A DNA stretch of 47,796 nt, from the NCBI GenBank assembly GCA_007280875.1, contig QYQJ01000081.1:1-47796 (forward strand). Direction: 5' to 3'. Source of the stretch: Bacteroidota bacterium (GTDB taxonomy: Bacteria; Bacteroidota; Bacteroidia; Bacteroidales; FEN-979). The position numbers were made by a program, and so were the translations under genes. Below, one piece after another: positions 9,219 through 18,200 of this stretch. The notes under the pieces were generated by a model, which saw nothing but the letters and a program-made list of their open reading frames with translations, was not told the origin of the DNA and ran no database searches. Each line of letters starts with the position of its first letter. The first letter of the stretch is position 1.

Positions 9219-10380
9219 TCACTATACCACCCTCAACCTCGGCCCCACCCACCCGGCTACGCACGGGATATTCCAGAATGTGCTGACCATGGACGGGGAG
9301 GAGATCATTGCAGCGGAGCAGACTATCGGGTACATCCACCGGGCATTTGAAAAGATTGCCGAGCACCGGCCATACTACCAGATCACTCCGCTGACTGACC
9401 GGCTCAACTACTGTTCGGCCCCTATCAATAACCTTGGATATCACATGGCGGTGGAAAAGCTGATCGGGATCAGATCCAACAAACGGGTCGATTACATGCG
9501 GATCATTCTGATGGAGCTGGCCCGTATAACCGATCACCTGATCTGCAACAGCGTGATCGGGGTCGACAGCGGTGCCCTTACCGGGTTTGTATACGTATTT
9601 CAGGAGCGCGAACGGGTGTACGAGATATACGAAGAGGTTTCGGGTGCACGCCTGACAACAAATATGGGACGGATCGGGGGATTTGAACGGGATTTCTCCC
9701 CTTCCGCTATCCGGAAAATACGGGAGTTTCTGGATCATCTTCCGAAGGTTCTGAAAGAGTTTGAAAAGCTGCTGATGCGGAACCGGATCTTCATGGACCG
9801 GACCATCGGCGTGGGCGGGATCAGTGCCGAGCGAGCACTGAACTATGGTTTCACCGGACCGAACCTCCGGGCTGCAGGTGTGGATTACGATGTGCGGGTC
9901 ATGAATCCGTACAGCTCCTACGACGATTTCGATTTCCAGATCCCGGTGGGGACGCAGGGGGACACCTACGACCGGTTCTGTGTTCGCCAGGAAGAGGTGT
10001 GGCAGAGCCTGAAGCTGATCCGCAACGCACTCGATAACCTGCCGGAAGGGGATTACCACATGGAGGTGCCGGAATTTTATCTCCCGCCGAAGGAGGAGGT
10101 CTACGATAAAATGGAGGCCCTGATCTGGCATTTCAAGATCGTTATGGGGGAAGTGAATGTTCCGGTTGGTGAAATTTACCACTCGGTGGAAGCAGGGAAC
10201 GGGGAGTTGGGATTTTACCTGGTGAGCGATGGTGCCAGGGCACCCTACCGGCTCCATTTCCGCCGACCCTGTTTCGTTTACTACCAGGCTTTTCCGGAGA
10301 TGATCAAAGGAGGGGTTTTGTCGGATGCGATATTGACCATGAGTAGTATGAATGTTATTGCGGGAGAGTTGGACGCATGA
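9196..10380 (+). CDS. nuoD: NADH-quinone oxidoreductase subunit D (start re-assigned to ATG 9196)
   Basis: [26 protein letters not shown] and GELDA motifs. The ORF-track extension from 8992 overlaps nuoC and is not NuoD-like. Confidence 0.95.
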   Translation: MTAFLEDNHYTTLNLGPTHPATHGIFQNVLTMDGEEIIAAEQTIGYIHRAFEKIAEHRPYYQITPLTDRLNYCSAPINNLGYHMAVEKLIGIRSNKRVDYMRIILMELARITDHLICNSVIGVDSGALTGFVYVFQERERVYEIYEEVSGARLTTNMGRIGGFERDFSPSAIRKIREFLDHLPKVLKEFEKLLMRNRIFMDRTIGVGGISAERALNYGFTGPNLRAAGVDYDVRVMNPYSSYDDFDFQIPVGTQGDTYDRFCVRQEEVWQSLKLIRNALDNLPEGDYHMEVPEFYLPPKEEVYDKMEALIWHFKIVMGEVNVPVGEIYHSVEAGNGELGFYLVSDGARAPYRLHFRRPCFVYYQAFPEMIKGGVLSDAILTMSSMNVIAGELDA

Positions 10381-10946
10381 TCACCCATCGGTTGCATGTC
10401 AAGGAGAACCGACCGGTTGCTTTTTCGGAAGCGACACTGAAAAAAGTGCGCGAACTGATCCAGCAGTATCCGGAGGGGAAACAAAAATCGGCCTTGCTCC
10501 CTGTACTGCATATGGCGCAGGAGGAATTGGGTGGGTACCTGTCGGTGGATGTAATGGATTACGTGGCTTCCCTGCTGCAGCTCAATCCGATTGAAGTGTT
10601 TGAAGTAGCAACCTTCTATTCTATGTTTTACCTTGAACCGGTGGGAAAATATGTGATCGAGGTGTGTCGTACTGCTCCCTGTGCCATCTGCGGAGGGGAA
10701 GAGATTCTTGAGTACCTGAAGGAGAAGTTACAGATCGGTGTGGGTGAGACGACTCCCGACGGACTTTTTACCCTTAAAACGGTGGAGTGCCTGGGAGGTT
10801 GCGGCTATGCACCGGTACTACAGGTGAACACCCAATTTCATGAGCAACTTGATCAGGTGGCCATTGACCGCCTGCTGGATACATTACGTAAACAGGCAGC
10901 CGACCCTTCATCGGCTGATTTGACATGGGCAAGCCAGTTTTGTTAG
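10377..10946 (+). CDS. nuoE: NADH-quinone oxidoreductase subunit E
   Basis: KSALLPVLH.AQ, EVATFYSMF, C..APC and ECLGGC.YAP [2Fe-2S] motifs. Confidence 0.94.
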   Translation: MITHRLHVKENRPVAFSEATLKKVRELIQQYPEGKQKSALLPVLHMAQEELGGYLSVDVMDYVASLLQLNPIEVFEVATFYSMFYLEPVGKYVIEVCRTAPCAICGGEEILEYLKEKLQIGVGETTPDGLFTLKTVECLGGCGYAPVLQVNTQFHEQLDQVAIDRLLDTLRKQAADPSSADLTWASQFC

Positions 10947-12301
10947 AACATATCAGGATTCCGGGGATCCGGCAATTCGGGGTTTACCGGTCACATGGAG
11001 GTTATCGCCCGGTGGAGAAAGCGCTGCTCGAGATGAGTCCCACCGAAGTGGGCCAGGAGGTAACCCGCTCCGGGTTACGGGGCAGGGGGGGGGCCGGTTT
11101 TCCTACCGGGTTGAAATGGAGCTTTCTGAACCGGAAATCGGATAAGCCCAGGTACCTGGTCTGCAATGCCGACGAAAGCGAACCCGGTACCTTTAAGGAC
11201 CGCTACCTGATGGAACATCTACCACACCGGCTGGTGGAAGGGCTGATCGTGTCGAGCTATGCCCTCGGCGTTAACACCTGCTATATCTATATCCGGGGCG
11301 AGTTCAAGTACCTGGTGAGAATTCTGGAACATGCCATCCGGGAAGCAAAAGAAAACGGCTTTTTGGGAGAACGAATTCTGGGAACGGATTTCAGCCTGGA
11401 GATCCATCTCCACCCCGGAGCGGGTGCGTACATCTGCGGAGAGGAGACCGCCCTGCTCGAATCGCTGGAAGGCAAACGGGGCAATCCCCGGATCAAGCCA
11501 CCTTATCCGGCTTACAAAGGATTGTACGATTGTCCCACGGTGGTAAACAATGTCGAGACCCTGGCAGCAGTAGGACCCATCATCAATATGGGGGGAGAGG
11601 CCTATGCCGGGCTGGGGAAAGGGAAAAGTACCGGAACCAAGCTGATTTCCGCCTGCGGCCATATCAACCGGCCGGGTGTGTATGAGATCGAAATGGGCCT
11701 CCCTGTCGAGGAATTCATTTTTTCGGATGAATATTGTAACGGCATTCGCAGCGGCAGACATCTGAAAGCAGTGATACCAGGGGGTTCTTCGGTTCCGGTT
11801 TTGCCTGCCGACCTGATCTTGCGAACAGCGAAAAACGAAAAGCGATTGTTGACTTACGAATCGCTCGAGGAGGGTGGCTTTGACAGCGGGAGCATGCTGG
11901 GATCGGGTGGATTCATTGTCTACGACGAAACTGCCTGCATGGTTCGGAATACCCTGAACCTCACCCGGTTTTACCGTCACGAATCGTGCGGCCAGTGTTC
12001 TCCCTGCCGGGAAGGTACGGGCTGGATGGAGAAGGTGTTGTGGCGGATCGAACATGGTGAAGGGCGATGGAAAGATATCGATCTGCTGGTAAACATTGCC
12101 AGGCACATCGAAGGAAATACAATCTGCCCGTTTGGAGATGCAGCTGCATGGCCTGTAGCCAGCGCCATCCGTCATTTCCGGGAGGAGTTTGAATACCACG
12201 TGGAATACCCCGACGAAGTCAGGGTTATCACACATGGGAATCTGGTCCGGGAGACCCGCTTTACCGGCGGCCATCCCGTATCGGGGATCCGGTTTCGTTG
12301 A
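10925..12301 (+). CDS. nuoF: NADH-quinone oxidoreductase subunit F
   Basis: SGLRGRGGAGFPTG.KW, CNADESEPGTFKDR, GAYICGEETAL and ESCGQCSPCREG motifs. Confidence 0.96.
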   Translation: MGKPVLLEHIRIPGIRQFGVYRSHGGYRPVEKALLEMSPTEVGQEVTRSGLRGRGGAGFPTGLKWSFLNRKSDKPRYLVCNADESEPGTFKDRYLMEHLPHRLVEGLIVSSYALGVNTCYIYIRGEFKYLVRILEHAIREAKENGFLGERILGTDFSLEIHLHPGAGAYICGEETALLESLEGKRGNPRIKPPYPAYKGLYDCPTVVNNVETLAAVGPIINMGGEAYAGLGKGKSTGTKLISACGHINRPGVYEIEMGLPVEEFIFSDEYCNGIRSGRHLKAVIPGGSSVPVLPADLILRTAKNEKRLLTYESLEEGGFDSGSMLGSGGFIVYDETACMVRNTLNLTRFYRHESCGQCSPCREGTGWMEKVLWRIEHGEGRWKDIDLLVNIARHIEGNTICPFGDAAAWPVASAIRHFREEFEYHVEYPDEVRVITHGNLVRETRFTGGHPVSGIRFR

Positions 12302-12312
12302 CAGCGATCCAC

Positions 12313-12392
12313 GTCATTGCGACGAGCGAAACAGGGAGTAAAGTTAACAGAGAGCCGGTGTCATTGCGACGAGCGAAGCGAGGAAGCAAACT
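12313..12392 (+). repeat. Two copies of a GTCATTGCGA-type REP-like element
   Basis: 18-bp direct repeat GTCATTGCGACGAGCGAA at 12313-12330 and 12360-12377; the second copy continues GCGAGGAAGCAAACT. Confidence 0.75.
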
Positions 12393-12401
12393 GTATACAG
12401 T

Positions 12402-13382
12402 ATGGTAAAGGTCACAATAGACAACATCCAGGTTGAAGTCGAAGAGGGCACAACCATCCTCCAGGCAGCGCGAAAAATCGGAGGCAGCGTGGTTCCTCCC
12501 GCCATGTGCTACTACTCCAGCCTGGCTGGTTCCGGAGGAAAATGCCGGACCTGCCTGGTGAAGGTAGCCCATTCGTCGGCCCGGGATCCGCGACCCATGC
12601 CCAAACTGGTAGCCTCCTGCTGCACACCGGTGCAGGAGGGGATGGTGGTGCTGAACCAGACATCCCACGAGGTGGTGGAGGCACGGAAAGCGATCGTAGA
12701 GTTCCTGCTGATCAACCATCCGCTCGATTGCCCTGTGTGCGACCAGGCCGGGGAGTGCGACCTGCAGGATCTGAGTTTCGGTTATGGGCTGGAGGAGACC
12801 CGCTATGAAGAGGACCGCAGGGAGTTCCCGGAAATTGATATCGGACCGTTCATCAAACTGCACATGAACCGCTGTATCCTTTGCTACCGGTGTGTTTATC
12901 TTTGTGAGCAGCTCACGGAGAAGCGGGAGCACGGGGTGCTTTACCGGGGAGATACCTCGGAGATCAGTACTTTTATCAGGCAATCCATCGACAATGAATT
13001 TTCGGGGAACGTGATTGATGTCTGCCCGGTTGGAGCTTTGACCGACCGCACCTTCCGTTTTAAAAGCCGGGTGTGGTTTCTGAAACCGATGGACGTGCAC
13101 CGCGAATGCCCTGCCTGTTCAGGGAAAGCGGTGGCATGGATGTTCGGAGAGGAGATCCAGCGGATCACGGGACGGAAGGACCGGTACGGAGAGGTGGAGG
13201 AGTTTATTTGCAACGAATGCCGGTTTGAAAAGAAAAGCAGGGCTGACTGGGTATTTGAAGGTCCGCGAAAGATTAAACGGCAAAGTGTGATCTCAGCGAA
13301 TCATTACGAGAAGATGAAGAAACCGTCAATTATAAACCCGATAGAAGGTACAATTGAACAGTCTGATAATTCAGAAACATGA
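12402..13382 (+). CDS. nuoG: NADH-quinone oxidoreductase subunit G, short Bacteroidota form
   Basis: MCYY....GKCRTCLV, NHPLDCPVCDQAGECDLQD, RCILCYRCV and DVCPVGAL motifs. Confidence 0.92.
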   Translation: MVKVTIDNIQVEVEEGTTILQAARKIGGSVVPPAMCYYSSLAGSGGKCRTCLVKVAHSSARDPRPMPKLVASCCTPVQEGMVVLNQTSHEVVEARKAIVEFLLINHPLDCPVCDQAGECDLQDLSFGYGLEETRYEEDRREFPEIDIGPFIKLHMNRCILCYRCVYLCEQLTEKREHGVLYRGDTSEISTFIRQSIDNEFSGNVIDVCPVGALTDRTFRFKSRVWFLKPMDVHRECPACSGKAVAWMFGEEIQRITGRKDRYGEVEEFICNECRFEKKSRADWVFEGPRKIKRQSVISANHYEKMKKPSIINPIEGTIEQSDNSET

Positions 13383-13461
13383 ACACAGAATACACAGAAA
13401 TAACGGAATACACAGAATCAAATATCCGTGTGGTCTGTGTTTTTCCGTGTAATCTGTGTTC
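13381..13461. repeat. Facing 9-mer arrays forming a long imperfect hairpin in the nuoG-nuoH spacer
   Basis: Left units AACACAGAA/TACACAGAA/ATAACGGAA/TACACAGAA. Right side has four reverse-complement units TC(C/T)GTGT, ending TCTGTGTTC. Confidence 0.85.
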
Positions 13462-13475
13462 TAATTGTAGGTGAT

Positions 13476-14498
13476 GTGACAACACTTATATTGTACAAGG
13501 TACTTCTTGCCAGCGGGATCCTGATCCTGAGCCTGGTCGTTGCCATGTACTCCACCCTGATGGAACGAAAGATGGCAGCTTTCTTCCAGGACCGGCTGGG
13601 CCCCAACCGTGCAGGTCCGTGGGGAATTCTGCAACCGCTGGCCGACGGGATCAAGCTCTTCTTCAAGGAGGAGTTCATGCCCAATACGGCGGATAAATTT
13701 CTTTATATCCTGGGGCCTGCCCTCACTATGTTTATTGCCCTTCTTACCAGTGCCGTGATTCCATGGGGCCCGGCCCTGGTGGTTAACGGAACGGAATACC
13801 CGCTCCAGATAGCAGATGTGAACATCGGGATCCTCTATATCTTTGCCATCCTATCCATTGGCGTTTACGGTATCATGATCGGCGGATGGGCCTCCAACAA
13901 CAAATACGCCCTGCTGGGTGCCATCCGGGCCTCTTCCCAGATGATCAGCTACGAACTGGGCATGGGATTATCGATCGTTGCGGTAGTGATGATGACCGGA
14001 TCGCTCAGCCTGGGCGAAATCGTGGACCAGCAGGCGGGTTTCAACTGGAACATCTGGTACCAGCCGCTCGGGTTCCTGATCTTCCTCATCTGTGCCTTTG
14101 CCGAAACCAACCGGGCCCCGTTCGACCTGCCCGAATGTGAAACCGAACTGGTTGGCGGATACCATACGGAGTACAGCTCCATGAAGCTTGGATTCTATCT
14201 GTTTGCGGAATATATCAATATGTTCATCTCGGGAGCGGTACTGGCGACACTCTACCTGGGAGGTTATCATTTTCCTTTCGAAGACCGATTGGGACTATCG
14301 GTAAATGGGCATGCAATCATTGGATTTCTTGTATTTTTCCTGAAGATCACTTTCTTTGGATTTCTCTTCATTTGGGTTCGCTGGACTCTGCCACGATTCC
14401 GGTACGACCAGCTGATGAAACTTGGCTGGAAAACCCTGATCCCCCTGGCCATTTTTAATGTGATGATAACCGGGCTGGTGATCCTTCTTAGAGGATAG
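13476..14498 (+). CDS. nuoH: NADH-quinone oxidoreductase subunit H (likely GTG start at 13476)
   Basis: ERK..AFFQDRLGPNRAGPWGILQPLADGIKL, AETNRAPFDLPECE.ELVGGYHTEYS and PRFRYDQLM motifs. The ORF-track start at 13428 lies inside the repeat array. Confidence 0.94.
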   Translation: MTTLILYKVLLASGILILSLVVAMYSTLMERKMAAFFQDRLGPNRAGPWGILQPLADGIKLFFKEEFMPNTADKFLYILGPALTMFIALLTSAVIPWGPALVVNGTEYPLQIADVNIGILYIFAILSIGVYGIMIGGWASNNKYALLGAIRASSQMISYELGMGLSIVAVVMMTGSLSLGEIVDQQAGFNWNIWYQPLGFLIFLICAFAETNRAPFDLPECETELVGGYHTEYSSMKLGFYLFAEYINMFISGAVLATLYLGGYHFPFEDRLGLSVNGHAIIGFLVFFLKITFFGFLFIWVRWTLPRFRYDQLMKLGWKTLIPLAIFNVMITGLVILLRG

Positions 14499-14504
14499 CC
14501 AATC

Positions 14505-15233
14505 CTACCGGATCAATTGCTCTCTGACCGTTTGCTCCAGTTTTCCGATAAAGGATTTATCGATGAGGAAGACCGTGATCTCAAAGGTATAGCTCTCCTC
14601 TTTCTGACCGGTGAGGGTAATCACCGGCATCCGGTTGACCGAAACCCAGGGGGTGGAAAGGACAGTGGTACGTATCTGCCGGATTACCTCGTCCAGTTCT
14701 TCTTTCCCGGAGCAGACCAGTGTGAAGGTATGTCCTTTGCTTTGCCCTGTCCGTTCACTTTTTATATTTACATCATCTACCAGTTTTCCGTAAGGAATGA
14801 ATACAGTCTGGTTGTCCTGTGTCTCCAGTTCAACCGAATAGCTGCCGAATCTTTTGATGGTCCCTTTCAGCTCCCCGAATTGTAACTGGTCCCCTACTTT
14901 CAACCGGGAAGAGCTCCTGAAGATCACCCCGGCAATGAGGTCTTTCACCCAGAACCGGGAGATCCAGAAGAGGATCATCAACAGAATGGCAAGCACCACA
15001 AATACATAGATCTCATAAGCTTCCGAGAAGAGAAACACAAACCAGGAGAGAAAGATTATCCAGAAGAGCAGCTCGGCAACGGGGAAAACTTTGATGATGT
15101 AACTTTTCGGCTTCTCTTTATACAGGAGGATCGGCAGGACAAATCTGAGAAGGCGGATGAACAGGAAAAACACCATTCCCCAGCCGATAAATCGGAAGAA
15201 GAGGTGTGCGGGATCCGGGCCGGTTAGTTCCAT
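14505..15233 (-). CDS. MscS-family mechanosensitive channel-like membrane protein
   Basis: Three hydrophobic N-terminal segments, then KDLIAGVIFR....KVGDQL.FGE.KGTI..FG.YSVELET.DNQ.VFIPY (MscS beta domain). Confidence 0.75.
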   Translation of the reverse strand: MELTGPDPAHLFFRFIGWGMVFFLFIRLLRFVLPILLYKEKPKSYIIKVFPVAELLFWIIFLSWFVFLFSEAYEIYVFVVLAILLMILFWISRFWVKDLIAGVIFRSSSRLKVGDQLQFGELKGTIKRFGSYSVELETQDNQTVFIPYGKLVDDVNIKSERTGQSKGHTFTLVCSGKEELDEVIRQIRTTVLSTPWVSVNRMPVITLTGQKEESYTFEITVFLIDKSFIGKLEQTVREQLIR

Positions 15234-15257
15234 AAGGCGATCTCGTTTGGTGGGTGG

Positions 15258-18200
15258 TTACTGGATGATATGTTTCAGGTGGATATAGAGGTACCGGTCA
15301 AGTTCAAAGATCCGGCCGGCCCGCTCGTTGATCAGTCCGGCCCGTTTGAGGAAGAGGAGTTGCTTTTCCACCTCTTCAGCCGGATCCATAGTCAACCGCT
15401 GTAGCCCGGGCTGATCGAGCCGTTTGTGAAACAGGAACTGAGCCAGATAGAGCCGGGTTACGGGACTCAGCCGGTCGATGACGGCATGATCGGGAATCTG
15501 AGGTTGCCGGATGTACAGCATGTTGTCCCGGAAATCGGTGATATGGGAGATCCAGGCCAGCAGGGCTGCACCGATATTTCCGCGGGTATAGATGAAGTAC
15601 CTGGCAAAGAGTTTTGCCTGGGCTGTACGGGTCAGCCGTATATTGTTCCGGTCGGATCGCCGGATCTCCAGGCCGCTGGATTGATGGCGGAACATAATTA
15701 CCTCCCTGATCGCCAGGGCATTGAAAGGCTGGAGGTCGACCACCGAAAGGAAACAGGAGTCGATACCCGTCAACTGGCTGATGATCCGGTAGCTACCCTC
15801 GGAAACGGTAAGCAGGAAGAGGCATTTATGGCCATGCTTCCGGATTAGTTCACCGATCAGCTCTACCACGGCAGTTCCCCCTGCCGACTTCTCCCACCAG
15901 AGTTCCAGGTCGTCGATCACGATCAGGGAATCCTCTTCCAGGGAGGCGAATATGTAATCAGGAGAACCATCCAATCCGGTACTTTCCCGAAGGGCCTTTA
16001 TGAACACCTCCGGGTTGATGGATCCGGCCGACGGGGCATTGAGTGCATAGATCCGCTGTCCCCTGCAGAGATTGGAGGAGATGTAGTTGATGAAAAAGGT
16101 CTTTCCGGTGTTCCGGTCGCCACGAATCAGGATGCCTCCCTGGAACCTTTTCCGGTACCTGGCAATGGCCTGTTGAACCTGCGCGATCTCCTTCTGCCGG
16201 TTCACCCAGAACTCCGATTTGAAGTTATATTTCTGAAGGAACAGCTGGCGGTAGTAAAAAGGCAACCTGTTCAGCACCTCTTCCGACGGGGAGACCCGTT
16301 CGTACAGGGTCAGCAGGGAATCCACCACCGAACGCTGTTTTCCATCCCCCGTACTGATCTTTCTGGCAAACAGGAACGCATCGCTCTGCCGGTACCAGAG
16401 AGCGGCGGTCACCTTATGCAATCGTTGCCGCATGTTCAGTAAGGCCTTCCGGTACAGTTGTACCCTCCTCCTGGATTCCCGTTTTTTGGCGTATTCCTTG
16501 TAGATATCGGGTGTTCTAAGCAGACGGGAAACCACCAATTCCCCGGTGGTACTGGTGACCTGTTGCTCCAAATCCCGTTTCAGCCGACGGAGGATGTCGT
16601 GGATATGGTTCAGCTCTTCCTCCACCCTCACCGCTTGCTCGGACGTAAAAGTGAAAAATCCTTCCCAGCCGGGATACATACCCGGGGCTTCATCTTCGCG
16701 CAGTACCATCTCCAGGGTACCGGTGGCTTCCTGACTCATATTCCCGATGCTGACCAGGCGGAGTAAGTTCCTGATCTTTGACGCGGAGGAGTAGATTTCG
16801 GTAGGAAGTGTCCCCCGGATCCTGTGCAGGGTTTCGAAAAGGTTGCTCTGGACATGGTAATCGACCAGCTGGTATGTTGGCAGGATGACAGGTCGAACCT
16901 CCCCGGTGAGGAGTTCCGGGGCATTATTGACGCTGTCGGGAAGGAGCACTTCAGAGGTTTCCGGGAGTTTGTTGACCAGGGTTTTTATACTGATGAACGA
17001 CTTGTCAATGATCCGGTCGAGAGTCAGCTGGAAATCGGTCCGGTCGTCCCAGGGTATATCAGGTTCCTGGAGATTAAAGGCCAGGGCAGGATCATTTTTT
17101 AACCCGTCCAGGTATTGGTGTAATTGGGTGGTCATCTCTTGTGCCTGGACGATGACCCGCTGGTTGGTCAGTTGTCCGATCTCAGCAAGCGAACGCTCAA
17201 TAATCTTTCCCAGGCGGAAGGCAAAAAGCTTTAACCGGACCTCCAGGTTGATTCCGTTATAAAGCAAAATCCGGTTCCGGGACCACCGTTCAGGGAGTAC
17301 CTGAAAGGTCTTCTGGATCTGTCCGATAAATTTTTCATCCGCATGCGGGACATTGAGATTGGCGGCTCCGGAATCGAGGATGTGTCCCAGCACGGGAAAG
17401 AGAGCGGAAAGTTTTTCCCGGAGCCCGTCTGAAAAGACCTTTTCTACCTCTTCGTTCAGCTCTTTCAGTTTCCGGATCGCCTCACCGACCTCTTTTTTTA
17501 CCTCTTCCAGGCGTCCGTTTTTGATTCCCGGCTGCCCGAAAAGGTCGTAATAATGCTGGGTAGCCAGCAGGAGGGTCCGGATCGTGTGGATGGAAGTCAG
17601 GTTATGCTGCACCAATTCGGTGAGGGAATCATTCAGATTCCGGTAGAAGCCCTCCGGAAGCACTTTGCGTATCAGGCGCTGGAAGCGGACGGTATAAGTG
17701 ATCCCCGCGCGGATTTTCTTTGCCGGGTAGATGAGCCTGGTGATTCGTTTGAAATTCCTGGCCCGGAGGCTGTCGGTTCCGGTGAGTACCAGGTGCCGGG
17801 GAAAGAGTCTGACAGACACCCTGGCGGGGGTCTCTTCCACCGTATGACTGATCCCGTTCAGCAGGAAGCGGATACCCTTTTCAAGCCCTTCGCGCTGGGT
17901 GGTGCTGATGGTCTTCTGAAGCTCTTCGATGATCTTTTCCGTGAGCACCAGATGGTTTGTTTTCACTGTGGCCAGTTGCCGTGCCTGTTTATCACGGGAC
18001 AACTCCCGGAAGGAACCGGATTCCAGCACCTGGAACGATTCCTTGGTCTGTTTCTCCAGGGCCAGAACCATGTTGACGTTGTACCGGAAGGCCGGGTGAA
18101 CGTATTCCTTGTGGAATCGTGTGATCAATTCAGCACAGGAGGCATGGATCGCCTTCAGTTCCACCGGAACATCATCCGGGAGGAGGATTTCAGAGGGTCT

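Noticed and set aside
12402-13382. Short NuoG as a truncated pseudogene
   Set aside because: The N-terminal Fe-S motifs are present, and a NuoG of about this length is the usual Bacteroidota form.
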